64,000 bases of DNA, taken from NCBI GenBank assembly GCA_965207455.1, contig CBDBMJ010000001.1:1344001-1408000 (forward strand). Direction: 5' to 3'. Each line of letters opens with the position of its first letter. The first letter of the stretch is position 1. Of this stretch, positions 10,930-21,177 are shown one piece after another. The position numbers and the translations under genes are program-made. The notes beneath the pieces were generated by a model. It was not told where the DNA came from, did not search any database, and saw only the letters and a program-made list of their open reading frames with translations. The stretch comes from Bdellovibrionota bacterium. Its GTDB lineage: Bacteria > Bdellovibrionota > UBA1018 > CAIPTA01 > JAALKR01.

Positions 10930-11337
10930 TTAGGTGAGCCAAAGCTCTGGCCTGCCCGATCCATTCACACAGACAAAAACAAACTCCGACTGACAGATCA
11001 TTTTTCCTTTATTCGTTTCTTTTATACTTTTTTGCTGCTCGCTGTGACGGACCACAACCACATCTACAGTCATGGAGGTTTTTCCCATATGGGTACACTT
11101 ACACCATATTTCTAAAAAATCCCCTAAGTTGGCTGGCTGCTCGAATACCAGTTCGGATATTTTCTTCGTCACTGTCCTGTTTTTTTTTGTTTTTTTTCTG
11201 ACAAAAAGGGCCGACGCCTCATCCATCCAAGACACAAGCGTACCCCCAAAGATCGTTCCCGTAGAATTAAGTTCTTTATACATGACCATTTTTCGGTAAA
11301 TGCACTCATAGTCTTTTAAATTATTGATGGGCTCCAT
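10930..11337 (-). CDS. Acyl-CoA thioesterase (hotdog fold)
   Basis: LNSTGTIFGGTLVSWMDE, GKTSMTV.V, FVFVCV. Confidence 0.88.
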   Translation of the reverse strand: MEPINNLKDYECIYRKMVMYKELNSTGTIFGGTLVSWMDEASALFVRKKTKKNRTVTKKISELVFEQPANLGDFLEIWCKCTHMGKTSMTVDVVVVRHSEQQKSIKETNKGKMICQSEFVFVCVNGSGRPELWLT

Positions 11338-11338
11338 A

Positions 11339-11914
11339 CTAAGATTTAACTTCTGGATGGCCTTGGCTCATATTTTGGAGGGTTTGGAGTACTTCCATGG
11401 CTTGTTTCTTTTTTTCTCCATCTAGCCCACTGTGGAGAGTTTCCATCTTTTTAAGCATCATGTTGACTGACTCTAACTCTTGCTTGTGACGCTCAAAAAT
11501 GGCACTGGACATTTCATTGAAACTTTGTGCGAGTTCCATGAAATTGTCGTGTTTACGAAACATAATATGACGATCCAAGACACCTTGCTTTACAGAAGAC
11601 ATTGCACTTTGTAATTTATACAAAGGACCCGCTATTTTATGGGAGTGAAATATGCTTAGAATTACCGCAGCAAATACTAGAAAAACCTCCATTATAATCA
11701 ATAGGGTGAAAAAATCACCTTTGCTGGCATTTAGTAATTCTAGGAGTTCAGGTTGATTTACCACCATTTCATGTTCGGTAACAAAATCAAACATGGCAAT
11801 CACAAAGATTGGCAACGCCAGACTAAAAACTATGAGGGCTAGAGTAAACAAACAGGTAAATTTGATTTGAAATTTTGGATTGATAAAGTACTGTCTTCTT
11901 CTACTGATGACCAT
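11339..11914 (-). CDS. Membrane protein with HAMP domain
   Basis: RRQYFINPKFQ, two TM segments, SHKIAGPLYKL...RKHD.F.ELAQSFNEM. Confidence 0.8.
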   Translation of the reverse strand: MVISRRRQYFINPKFQIKFTCLFTLALIVFSLALPIFVIAMFDFVTEHEMVVNQPELLELLNASKGDFFTLLIIMEVFLVFAAVILSIFHSHKIAGPLYKLQSAMSSVKQGVLDRHIMFRKHDNFMELAQSFNEMSSAIFERHKQELESVNMMLKKMETLHSGLDGEKKKQAMEVLQTLQNMSQGHPEVKS

Positions 11915-12038
11915 GGATTTTCCTTTACTTGGTTACTGTTTTCTATTGGTTCTTTAAAGTTTACCGCATTCCAAAGAGAACTGAAAACAATTTTTATCAC
12001 ATTCGTTAGCGTGTGATCCAGAGAAAGCAAGCTAGCTT

Positions 12039-13100
12039 TTATGGTGCTTGGCTAGGGGCAGGCAAAAGATTACGGACAAATTCTTCCGAAGAAAATGGTT
12101 TGAGGTCGCCTATGGTTTCCCCCACACCCACATACTGGATGGGAATTCCCAGTTCCGTAACAACGGAAAAGGCAGCCCCCCCCTTGGCAGACCCATCTAA
12201 TTTAGTAAGCACCACTGCGTCCACCTGTAGAGCCGCTGTAAACTCCTTGGCCTGAAAAAGGGCATTTTGCCCTAATGTGGCGTCAAGGACCAATAATACG
12301 CAGTGAGGGGCCGTGGGTATTTTTTTTTGTACCACACGACCTATTTTTTTTAGCTCATCCATGAGGTTCTCTTTTGTATGGAGCCGACCTGCTATATCAA
12401 TAATCACCTCGTCTATGTTTTTGGAGATCCCCATGCTTACCGCCTCAAAGGCCACTGCTGCGGGCGTGGCAGATTTTGCAGGTGCCACACATTCAACCCC
12501 AACCCGTTTTGCCCATACCTGGAGTTGCTCCACGGCTGCTGCCCGAAAGGTATCTGCCGCTCCCAGGATCACAGTCCTTCCCTCCATTTTTTTTTGATAG
12601 GCGAGTTTTCCAGCAGTGGTTGTTTTTCCTGAACCATTGACCCCGATGAGCAGTGTGACCCGTGGGGAGTGGCTTGTTGTTTCGGTTTCTTGTTTATTTG
12701 ACTGTTTACTTGGCTGAGGGAGAGCCTCCAGCATATGAGTATGAATTCTCGATATAAGGTAATCCTTGCTGGGTTTTTCCTTACAATCCTCTTTCAACTT
12801 CTCCAGTAGGATTTGGCTCATCCTAGGACCCATGTCTGACGACAATAGTACTTCCTCCAAGGTTTCCCAAAGGGGGTGACCGGGGTTCCATCCCTCTTCC
12901 CCTGAAAGGGTTTCCCAGACCTGTTGGAGTCGACCAAGGAAGGGAGTCCTTGTTTTTTGTAGAGTATGTTTCCAGTTAACTTGCCCGCTTATTTCTCCCT
13001 TGCCCTTCCGCATACGAGGAATCTTATTGCGAAAGAAAAGGAATCCAAAAACAACCAGTACAACAGGCACCACAACTAGGATCGGAAAAAACTGCTCCAT
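12039..13100 (-). CDS. ftsY: Signal recognition particle receptor FtsY
   Basis: GVNGSGKTTT, DTFRAAA, AGRLH, TKLDGSAKGG. Confidence 0.96.
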   Translation of the reverse strand: MEQFFPILVVVPVVLVVFGFLFFRNKIPRMRKGKGEISGQVNWKHTLQKTRTPFLGRLQQVWETLSGEEGWNPGHPLWETLEEVLLSSDMGPRMSQILLEKLKEDCKEKPSKDYLISRIHTHMLEALPQPSKQSNKQETETTSHSPRVTLLIGVNGSGKTTTAGKLAYQKKMEGRTVILGAADTFRAAAVEQLQVWAKRVGVECVAPAKSATPAAVAFEAVSMGISKNIDEVIIDIAGRLHTKENLMDELKKIGRVVQKKIPTAPHCVLLVLDATLGQNALFQAKEFTAALQVDAVVLTKLDGSAKGGAAFSVVTELGIPIQYVGVGETIGDLKPFSSEEFVRNLLPAPSQAP

Positions 13101-13169
13101 AGAATCCCTTATACCTAAACAAAAGCAATAAGCCTAGCCGCTGCGGGCACTTATGGAGGAAAGGTCGGC

Positions 13170-14804
13170 TTACTGTAATTTCACTTCAACACGAATACCT
13201 AGGTGGTCAGATGGCCAACGGAGCTTCCCATTAACCTCCACCTTATCTTGCTCTTGGTCCCCAAGAAACTGAACAGAAAGTACAGAAAGTGCTGTGTGGG
13301 TATCTGTGGAGGAGCCCTTATGACCAGAAAAATGCATAATATTGTCAATCTGACCATCACTCATGGAACCGTCCCCTATCAAATTTTCTTCACGACAGCA
13401 GGTTGAAACCTCAGTATCGGGATCGCTAACCAGATCCACAAAGCCACCCTCTTGTAGTACGTCGTAGGCTCTTAGAGATGTAGGTGCCCCACCAAATGCA
13501 AGCGTCTGACTAGAGCTAGTCGTCTTATCAAGCTTAGGAGAGTTTAGGTCTCCCAGTAAGAAAACAGGAACTTCGGGGTTAGAAAGATATTTCTCTTCTT
13601 TTAAGTAACTCAGCAATTCAATAGCTTGCCTCTTCCTGTCACCTTGTTGATTTTCATCTTGTAAATGTGTGTTTACCACAGTAAAATGAATACCGTTCTT
13701 TTTTAGGACAGCTATGCCTACGGTACGAGTAAACTTCAACAGGGTACCTCCATTCTTGATGTCCTTTTCAGTAAGTTTTACTCCCATCATTATGGATGAG
13801 TTCCCAAGTATATGCGTAAAATGGGATTCTCCCGGCCAAATTTGCAGAGCAAATTGATTTTCTTTTGCGTATGAATGTGACTCCCAAGACTCCACCTCAA
13901 TGCCCTCCTTCACCAGAACTACGTTGTCTAAGTTAAAGGTAATTTTGTCACATTTAGCAACACAATCAGAAATTTCGAGCTGGGTTGCTTGGGAAACCAA
14001 GCTTTTGTATTCAGCACCAGAAATCTCTCTTAAGGAATCTTTCAAGTTTTTTAGAAAATTAAGTACTTCTGTTTTCTTCCCATCCGCATCTGTTGTCCAG
14101 ACCGTTACAACCTCTTGCAAAGCAATCACGTCGGGAGCAAATTTGCCTACACCATCTTCCGTCCCATCACTGGTCATGGATATAGCAAGCCCCTCGGCTC
14201 GCTCAGAAAAATTAGTGCTTTTAATCCTTTCGAGAAGTTCAGAGGGAAGCGTACCCTTAATTAGTGGTTCTGTATCTGCTCCCAAGTAGAGATTCTGGGT
14301 AAGCATGGAGAAATTGACGGATTTTTCTTCTTCGGTAGCTGCTGCCACATGAGTATCTTGCTTTATTACTCCTGCCTCATCCTCTGTTTTCATTAATTCA
14401 GGAAAATGTTCTTGGAGAAATTCGGGGTCTATTTCTTCCTCCCCTGAAGCTATTTTTTTGATAGCTTCTACCGCATCAGGATTTTGCTTTATTGTTTTTA
14501 TTAATTTCTTCCTTGCTTCTGGATCTTCTGATATTGCCTCGATTATTCCTGATCCTACTTTTTCCCCTACCCTCACGAATCCATCGAGAATTTGGTGGAG
14601 AATGTCTCCAAGCATGTCTCCCGAACTTGACTCCACTTCCTCTACTGCGGCTGTTTCTTCAGTAGCTGCTGGTACATGGGAATTCTCGCTGACAGAGGAC
14701 GAATCCACAGGTTTTTCTGGCTCTTTCGCAGATTTTGCACAACCAGCAAAGAAAAGGATCAAAAACAGACCCATCATATTTATTTTTACATTTTGATATT
14801 TCAT
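13170..14804 (-). CDS. Endonuclease/exonuclease/phosphatase family lipoprotein
   Basis: Lipobox FAGC; TQNLYLG, DVIALQE, NTHL, GDLN, IDNI and SDH EEP motifs. Confidence 0.88.
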   Translation of the reverse strand: MKYQNVKINMMGLFLILFFAGCAKSAKEPEKPVDSSSVSENSHVPAATEETAAVEEVESSSGDMLGDILHQILDGFVRVGEKVGSGIIEAISEDPEARKKLIKTIKQNPDAVEAIKKIASGEEEIDPEFLQEHFPELMKTEDEAGVIKQDTHVAAATEEEKSVNFSMLTQNLYLGADTEPLIKGTLPSELLERIKSTNFSERAEGLAISMTSDGTEDGVGKFAPDVIALQEVVTVWTTDADGKKTEVLNFLKNLKDSLREISGAEYKSLVSQATQLEISDCVAKCDKITFNLDNVVLVKEGIEVESWESHSYAKENQFALQIWPGESHFTHILGNSSIMMGVKLTEKDIKNGGTLLKFTRTVGIAVLKKNGIHFTVVNTHLQDENQQGDRKRQAIELLSYLKEEKYLSNPEVPVFLLGDLNSPKLDKTTSSSQTLAFGGAPTSLRAYDVLQEGGFVDLVSDPDTEVSTCCREENLIGDGSMSDGQIDNIMHFSGHKGSSTDTHTALSVLSVQFLGDQEQDKVEVNGKLRWPSDHLGIRVEVKLQ

Positions 14805-15231
14805 TACGTTACTCCTTTGTTATTTATATTGTTAATTCGTCCGCCTATAATCTAGCAGAATTAATGCGATATGTCAATATGTTTTTCTTATTTTTCCCAA
14901 ATGGACCATAAAACCAAAATTCCTTTGAAAACAGTAAGTTACGATTCATGACCCCCATTTGAACTAGACACCTCCTAATCAATGAGGAGATATAGAGCAA
15001 TTTTTTTAGAGACAGCTCCAACCAGAGAAATCTATTTTACTTTGTTTTACTTTGAGGATTTTCTCAGTAATAGACTGAGGAGCTTGAAAAGAATACTTTT
15101 GTAGAGAGTTTTCTAAGTCTCTAAGAATACGTTGCATTTCCTCGTAGAAGCCACAATGAACTTTCCTTTGCTCCCTACAGACTCAGAAAATAAGTTGACT
15201 TTGCTAAGCAACTATGGCTATATGTTGCATA

Positions 15232-15984
15232 ATGAAAATATTGCGACGCATAATTTCCGAAAAAAGAGCCAAGATCCTTCGTCCCCTCATCCCAGCGATC
15301 CTGCTCTTCATTCCTGGAATTCTTTCGACCTCGGTCGCTTCGGCCTCGGTCGCCTCCCCCTCCCGGGCCAATTTTTTAAAGGCTCCCCAAGTATGCGCTA
15401 TCCAGGGTATTGAAAAGTCCATGCAAGGAGTATTTCCCAAGGGTGTGCCCACCCGTTTGCCCGATTTTCTAACGAAAAGTATGGGGGTTTCCCCCAAGCA
15501 ATCAAAGCGACTTGCCCGTCACCTGCTGATCCTATCCCGTCGGTATGGGTTTTCTCCTAATCTCATTTTGGGGGTCATCTATGTGGAGAGTTCTTTTCGC
15601 TTACGAGGGAAATCTTGGGCAGGAGCGTTGGGATTAATGCAATTATTGCCCAGTACTGCCCGTTCCATGGTAAAAAGATTAGGCTTAAAAAAGAAATGGA
15701 CTAAGATGGGTCACCGTATGCTCTTTCATCCCCAACATAATATCACCCTAGGAGTGCACTATTTATCCATACTACGGGACCGCTATTTTAAAGATCCCAG
15801 GCACTATATTACTGCCTATAATACAGGTCCCACAATGTTACGAAGTCTTTTAAAGCGAAAAAAAATGAATCATTTTTGCTACTACCATAAGGTTTTAGAG
15901 GCTAAAAATTATTTCCAGAAAACACTCCAAATAAAAACGAAGGGACTCTTTGCTTGGGGGAATGGTCGATGGGAAAATCCTTAA
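15232..15984 (+). CDS. Lytic transglycosylase (SLT domain)
   Basis: IYVESSF, GALGLMQL.PSTA, AYNTGP. Confidence 0.9.
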   Translation: MKILRRIISEKRAKILRPLIPAILLFIPGILSTSVASASVASPSRANFLKAPQVCAIQGIEKSMQGVFPKGVPTRLPDFLTKSMGVSPKQSKRLARHLLILSRRYGFSPNLILGVIYVESSFRLRGKSWAGALGLMQLLPSTARSMVKRLGLKKKWTKMGHRMLFHPQHNITLGVHYLSILRDRYFKDPRHYITAYNTGPTMLRSLLKRKKMNHFCYYHKVLEAKNYFQKTLQIKTKGLFAWGNGRWENP

Positions 15985-16619
15985 TTCTTCTATCCGGTGG
16001 GCTGGACTCTGCCCTAAATTTAGCCCTAGCTGCGAAAGAAAAAAAAGCAAGCCTAGCTTTAACGTTCTCCTATGGGCAAAAAGCTCAAGAGCCTGAGATA
16101 GAGGCAGCTCAGTTCCTAGCTGACTACTATAAAGTGCCTTGGCAGGTGCTAAATATTGATTGGTTAGGGAGGATTCATAAAAACGCGTTGACGGAAAAGA
16201 GTTGCCCCCTGCCCCATCTATCCCTTGCCGAATTGGACAGTAAGGAAAAAACTCGTCAAAGTGCGGCTGCTGTATGGGTTGCCAATCGTAATGGTCTCTT
16301 TTTAAATATTGGGGCTTCTTTTGCAGAGGCTATGGGCATGGATACAATCTTGGTGGGGTTTAATCAGGAGGAGGCCAGCACCTTTCCCGATAACTCTAGT
16401 GATTATGTGGAGGCCATAAATAGGGCTTTTTCCTTTTCCACCTTGAAAAAAGTTCGTGTTCAGTCCTATACCTTAGATTGGGACAAAAAAAAGATTCTAT
16501 CTATGGCTAGGCAGATGGATGTGCCTTTGGACAAGATTTGGTTTTGTTATGGTATGGGTCCCGAGCCTTGTGGGCTTTGTGAAAGTTGCGTGCGTTTTCA
16601 GCGAGCAAAGGAGGAGTGA
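15969..16619 (+). CDS. queC: 7-cyano-7-deazaguanine synthase
   Basis: SGGLDS, YGQ, WVANRN, FPD, CY...PCGLCESC. Confidence 0.93.
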   Translation: MGKSLILLSGGLDSALNLALAAKEKKASLALTFSYGQKAQEPEIEAAQFLADYYKVPWQVLNIDWLGRIHKNALTEKSCPLPHLSLAELDSKEKTRQSAAAVWVANRNGLFLNIGASFAEAMGMDTILVGFNQEEASTFPDNSSDYVEAINRAFSFSTLKKVRVQSYTLDWDKKKILSMARQMDVPLDKIWFCYGMGPEPCGLCESCVRFQRAKEE

Positions 16620-17194
16620 TGGGTTTTCATATTCAGTGGTTAGAGGAGGTATTGCCTTATACGGGTGTGGAGCTTCGTCCGCAGTGGTTATCTGAGCGCA
16701 CGGGGGTGTTTTCCTCTTCATTGGTTGCTTTCCGTGGTCCTTGTTTGGTGCCAACTGAGGCATTGGTGGACGCAGAGGATGTCCAACAGGAGGCGAGAAT
16801 CCAATCGAAAGAAATGCTGCATTTTTTAGGGGAGTTCTTCCATGAGGACTTGCGTTTGAGTGTGGCTCGTCAGCGCCTTCTTGTGGCTCTCTTTTGTGAG
16901 ACCATTAGGAAGCATGCCCCAAGGGATGGTGAGTTCCGACGTTTCGGAGATGATATTTATTATTGTTCCCAGCAGGGTCGGAAAAAATTGACGGTTTCCA
17001 TTGTTACTGCCAGCCCTGTTTCCACTTTGCTCCATTTTGGGGTAAATATAGATCCTAGTGGGGCACCGCTGCCTGCCATTGGTTTACAGGAGTTTTCTAT
17101 TGACCCCAAGGATCTAGCTTTGGAGATTTTAGAGAAATGGAAAGAGGAGCTTTGCTCCCAAGAGCAAGCTTGTTGTAAAGTATATCCACGTTAG
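16619..17194 (+). CDS. DUF366 family protein
   Basis: YTG.ELRP.W, AFRGPC, LVD.ED, MLHF, RQRLL, GDDIY, KLTVSI, HFGVNI; TGATG overlap with queC. Confidence 0.8.
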   Translation: MGFHIQWLEEVLPYTGVELRPQWLSERTGVFSSSLVAFRGPCLVPTEALVDAEDVQQEARIQSKEMLHFLGEFFHEDLRLSVARQRLLVALFCETIRKHAPRDGEFRRFGDDIYYCSQQGRKKLTVSIVTASPVSTLLHFGVNIDPSGAPLPAIGLQEFSIDPKDLALEILEKWKEELCSQEQACCKVYPR

Positions 17195-17208
17195 GGGGAG
17201 GAGAAAAA

Positions 17209-18318
17209 ATGATTCTTGCGAAAAAGCCTCAGCTAGGTAGTTTGGCATCTTATATTCAAGAGGCGAGTACTTATGTGCCGGGGAAACCTGTGGAAGAGTT
17301 AGAGCGTGAGTTTGGTGTTTTTGATGTGGTGAAGTTGGCTTCCAACGAAAACCCTTTGGGTCCTTCTCCCAAGGCTCAGGAAGCGATGGCGACGGTGGGG
17401 AAGTCCATTTGTTTATATCCCGATGCGAACCATTATTATTTACGTCAGCAGCTTGCAGAGAAGAATAATTTAAGTATTGACGAGGTAATTATTGGTAATG
17501 GTTCCAACGAGATCATGGATTTTCTCATTCGTGCTTTTTGTGTTCCCGGCGACAATATTCTTAGTTGTAATGCTGCTTTTATTGCCTATCGTATTTGCAC
17601 CAAAATACATGGTGTGGAATACCGGGAGCCAGACTCCAGCACTCCTAAGGAAGAGCTTTCACAGATGTTAAAAATGATGGATGCTCGCACTCGTCTGATT
17701 TTTCTACCGAATCCCAACAATCCCACTGGCACCTACATCAATCGGGATTTACTTGTAAAATATATGGAAAATTTAAAAAACAAAAATGTAATTGTGGTAT
17801 TGGATTACGCCTATTGGGAGTATGTGCGTACCGATGATTTTATGGATCCCATGGAGATTTATCGAACCTTTCCGAATATTATTATTTTGCGTACATTTTC
17901 AAAAATTTATGGTCTAGCTGCTTTACGCATAGGATATGGCTTTGCCCACCCAGATATTTTAGCGCCTCTACATAAAATAAAGATGCCATTTAACGTAAAT
18001 AGTCTCGCCTTAAAGGCAGCTGAGGCGGCGTTAGGGGATACTGAGCACTTGCGCTTGTCCTATGAGGTAAATGAGGAGGGAATGGACTATCTTACCCAGG
18101 AGTTGGATCGTTTAGGTTTATCCCATAGGCCCAGTCAAGCGAATTTTATTTTAGTGGATTATAAAAAATCTGTTCAGGACTTATATCCCAAGCTGCTCCA
18201 GGAGGGTGTGATTATTCGTCCCATGGATCCTTACGGTTTTCCCACCCAAATGCGTGTCTCCATTGGAAAAAAGGAACACAATAAGAAATTCATTACTTCT
18301 TTGGAAAAATTTCTATGA
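17209..18318 (+). CDS. hisC: Histidinol-phosphate aminotransferase
   Basis: KLASNENPLG, GNGSNE, NPNNPTG, RTFSKIYGLAALRIGY. Confidence 0.95.
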   Translation: MILAKKPQLGSLASYIQEASTYVPGKPVEELEREFGVFDVVKLASNENPLGPSPKAQEAMATVGKSICLYPDANHYYLRQQLAEKNNLSIDEVIIGNGSNEIMDFLIRAFCVPGDNILSCNAAFIAYRICTKIHGVEYREPDSSTPKEELSQMLKMMDARTRLIFLPNPNNPTGTYINRDLLVKYMENLKNKNVIVVLDYAYWEYVRTDDFMDPMEIYRTFPNIIILRTFSKIYGLAALRIGYGFAHPDILAPLHKIKMPFNVNSLALKAAEAALGDTEHLRLSYEVNEEGMDYLTQELDRLGLSHRPSQANFILVDYKKSVQDLYPKLLQEGVIIRPMDPYGFPTQMRVSIGKKEHNKKFITSLEKFL

Positions 18319-19034
18319 GTACGGTTATTCATAGGCGAACCAAGCCCATTGTGGCTATTGACGGAGGTGCTGGAAGTGGAAAAACAACAGTGGCTGCTGC
18401 TTTAGCCAAGCAGTTTCAATTTACTTATATTAGCACGGGAACGATTTATCGAGCGGTGGCTCTATTTTTTTTAGAAAATAATATGGATCTTGGGCAGGAA
18501 AAAGAATTGGAGATGGCAAAGATAAAGGATAAGATAACGTTTCGGTTTGCTGGTGGTGAGACTCGAATTTTTTTGCATGGTCGAGATGTTTCCAACGAGA
18601 TTCATTCCAGGGAGATTAGCAATGGTGCTTCCATGGTTTCCTCTTATGCTAGAGTGCGATCTGCGCTCTTGGACCTACAGCGGAATCTGGGCAAGGCAGG
18701 TGGCGTTATTATGGATGGTAGGGATATTGGAACCGTGGTTTTTCCCGATGCGGAGGTAAAGGTTTTCTTAAAGGCTTCCCTAAGGGATCGTTCCATTCGT
18801 CGAGCAAAGGAGTTGGAGGATAGAGCACGGGCAAGTGGACATTCCTTAACGGTAAATATTCAAGAAATAGAAATGGAAATTCAAGAGAGAGACAAAAGGG
18901 ACAGTGAGCGTGAGTTTGCCCCATTAAAAAAAGCCCATGACGCTATTGCTGTGGATACTTCTGGGATTACAGTGCAACAGGTGGTGGGGAAGATTGTTCC
19001 CATGGTAGAGTTAAAAATAAAGAGTATGGAGTGA
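18315..19034 (+). CDS. cmk: Cytidylate kinase
   Basis: AIDG.AGSGKTT, MDGRDIGTVVFPDA, RDKRDSER..APL. Confidence 0.96.
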   Translation: MSTVIHRRTKPIVAIDGGAGSGKTTVAAALAKQFQFTYISTGTIYRAVALFFLENNMDLGQEKELEMAKIKDKITFRFAGGETRIFLHGRDVSNEIHSREISNGASMVSSYARVRSALLDLQRNLGKAGGVIMDGRDIGTVVFPDAEVKVFLKASLRDRSIRRAKELEDRARASGHSLTVNIQEIEMEIQERDKRDSEREFAPLKKAHDAIAVDTSGITVQQVVGKIVPMVELKIKSME

Positions 19035-19038
19035 TCGT

Positions 19039-20157
19039 TTGTTAGAAAAAGTTTCTAAAATACTTTTAGTTCGAGCCGACAGGATTGGTGATGTGGTACT
19101 CACCACGCCGGCCATTACGGCTATACGCAAGCGTTATCCCAAGGCAAAAATTGTGGCTTGTATAAATAAGTCGGTGGAAAATGTACTGGACGCCAACCCG
19201 GACTTAGACCAGCTTTTATTGTTCCATAAAAAGCAATATGGGGGCGTGTGGGGTTTTTTTCGTCTATATCGTGCCATTCGTAAAGAGCGATTCGAGGTAG
19301 TGGTTTGTTTTCAATCGACCTTTCGTTTATCTTTTGCCATTTTTTTATCCTTTATTCCCTATCGAATAGGGCCTTTATCGAAGTGGTGGTCTTGGCTTTT
19401 TTATAATATGGGTATTCGTCAAAATCGTTCCAACGTGGAGATGCACGAAGCTGATTATAATATACAGCTCTTAAGGGATTTGGGAATTTCTGTTTCCCAC
19501 ACCCATGAGAAAACTCAGGTATATGTAAAAGAAAAATATAAGGAAGTAGCCAAGACTTTTTTTGCCGACCGGGGTATTCAGAAAAAATATAAAACAATTG
19601 CCATACACCCGGGCATGGGAAATTCCGCTCTAAACTGGCCAGAGGAATATTACGTGCAGTTAGCTCGTGCCCTATGCAAAGAATATAATATTATCATTAC
19701 AGGCGGGCCCACGGAAAAGGATTTAGTGGATAGAGTCTTGCAGAAAATTTCCCAAAAACAAAGCTATGATATGGACCTTCCCATACTCACTCAGTATGTG
19801 GGCAAGGGTGCCTTGGGTGAGTTCGCTGCTATTTTAGATCAATGTGACGGGGTGGTGGCTCCCAGCACTGGTCCCATGCATTTAGCCATTGCACTCAAGA
19901 AAAAAGTACTTACCTTTTTTTCGCCCATTCAGGTACAAAGTGGGGTGCGCTGGGGACCATACATAAAAAACTTTGGAACCCAGCTAGGTGTTTCTCCCGA
20001 TGATCAAGCCAGCATTCTTGTGCCTGATGTGAATTGTGGCGAAATATTTAAATGTGCTCTAACTGCGTGTGTGTACTATCCATGTATGCCGCGAGTTTCT
20101 GTGAAAAGTGCCGAGTTGCAGTTACGAACACTTTTGGAAGGAAAGGAAGTTCAATGA
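19039..20157 (+). CDS. Glycosyltransferase family 9 (LPS heptosyltransferase-like)
   Basis: RADRIGDVVLTTP, IHPG...NWP, STGPMHLA. Confidence 0.9.
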   Translation: MLEKVSKILLVRADRIGDVVLTTPAITAIRKRYPKAKIVACINKSVENVLDANPDLDQLLLFHKKQYGGVWGFFRLYRAIRKERFEVVVCFQSTFRLSFAIFLSFIPYRIGPLSKWWSWLFYNMGIRQNRSNVEMHEADYNIQLLRDLGISVSHTHEKTQVYVKEKYKEVAKTFFADRGIQKKYKTIAIHPGMGNSALNWPEEYYVQLARALCKEYNIIITGGPTEKDLVDRVLQKISQKQSYDMDLPILTQYVGKGALGEFAAILDQCDGVVAPSTGPMHLAIALKKKVLTFFSPIQVQSGVRWGPYIKNFGTQLGVSPDDQASILVPDVNCGEIFKCALTACVYYPCMPRVSVKSAELQLRTLLEGKEVQ

Positions 20158-21167
20158 ACACTACTAGAAAACGTTTTGACGCTGTAATGAAAACCATTGC
20201 CTCCAAGGAGTTTCTTGTTGTGGGGGATGTGGGTTTGGATCGCTATACAATTGGAGACGCTCGTAGACTCAATGATGAGGCTCCCGTTCCCATTGTTTCT
20301 GTTGGAAAAACACAGGATAAGTTGGGCCTAGCTGGCAATGTGGCTGATAATATTCATGCATTACAAGGAGTGCCCCACTTATTTTCTTTAGTGGGGAAAG
20401 ATCTCTATGGAGAAAAACTACTCCAGCTATTGAAGGAGAAAAAAATTTCTTCCCAAGGTGTGTTTCCCCACCCCACTAGGCGCACCACTTTAAAAGAAAG
20501 GGTGATAGCCAATAATCAGCAAGTAGTGCGTATTGATTATGAGGACATTCAAGACCTCTCGCCCGAAGAAGAAGCTTTCTTCTGGAAAAAATTAGAGCCA
20601 GAAATAGAAAAATATTCAGGCATTATTATAGAAGACTATTCCAAAGGTTTGCTCACCCCCTCCCTCACAGCTAAAATTATTCAGTCGGCCAGAAAGAAGA
20701 AAAAGTTTGTAGCCGTAGACCCACCAAGTTTAAGCCACCGACGACACATTGAATACTACCGAGGCGCAACCCTCCTCACTCCAAACCTCAAAGAAGCGGC
20801 TCAGCTAAGTGGCATAGAAATTCGAGACAGATCATCTTTGCACAAGGCAGGAGAACAACTCCTCCAAGAACTGGAATGTGAAATTGTGGTCATCACCCAA
20901 GGTGGCGAAGGAATGACCGTATTTAAAAAAAATATCACCCCCATGCAAGTCCCCACCTTTGCCCACGCCGTCTATGATGTATCGGGCGCAGGAGATACGG
21001 TGGTAGCCATGCTCACCATGACCATGTCCAACGACGTACCCCTAGAGGAATCCCTTCTCCTAGCAAATTTTGCCGCTGGCGCAGAAGTAGGAAAAATGGG
21101 CACCACCACTGTTTCCGTAGAAGAACTCAGGGAATATGTGGAACGCATTGGCGGTTTCTCCCAGTAG
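20154..21167 (+). CDS. rfaE1: D-glycero-beta-D-manno-heptose-7-phosphate kinase (RfaE domain I / HldA)
   Basis: VVGDV.LDRY, EAPVP, LTPNLKEA, VYDVSGAGDTV; ATGA overlap with the GT9 gene. Confidence 0.92.
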   Translation: MNTTRKRFDAVMKTIASKEFLVVGDVGLDRYTIGDARRLNDEAPVPIVSVGKTQDKLGLAGNVADNIHALQGVPHLFSLVGKDLYGEKLLQLLKEKKISSQGVFPHPTRRTTLKERVIANNQQVVRIDYEDIQDLSPEEEAFFWKKLEPEIEKYSGIIIEDYSKGLLTPSLTAKIIQSARKKKKFVAVDPPSLSHRRHIEYYRGATLLTPNLKEAAQLSGIEIRDRSSLHKAGEQLLQELECEIVVITQGGEGMTVFKKNITPMQVPTFAHAVYDVSGAGDTVVAMLTMTMSNDVPLEESLLLANFAAGAEVGKMGTTTVSVEELREYVERIGGFSQ

Positions 21168-21177
21168 TGTACCTGTA

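Noticed and set aside
15969..16619. queC as part of a defence or DNA-modification system (Qat, CBASS type IV, Dpd)
   Set aside because: Canonical length, embedded in a housekeeping operon with hisC-cmk, no defence partners adjacent
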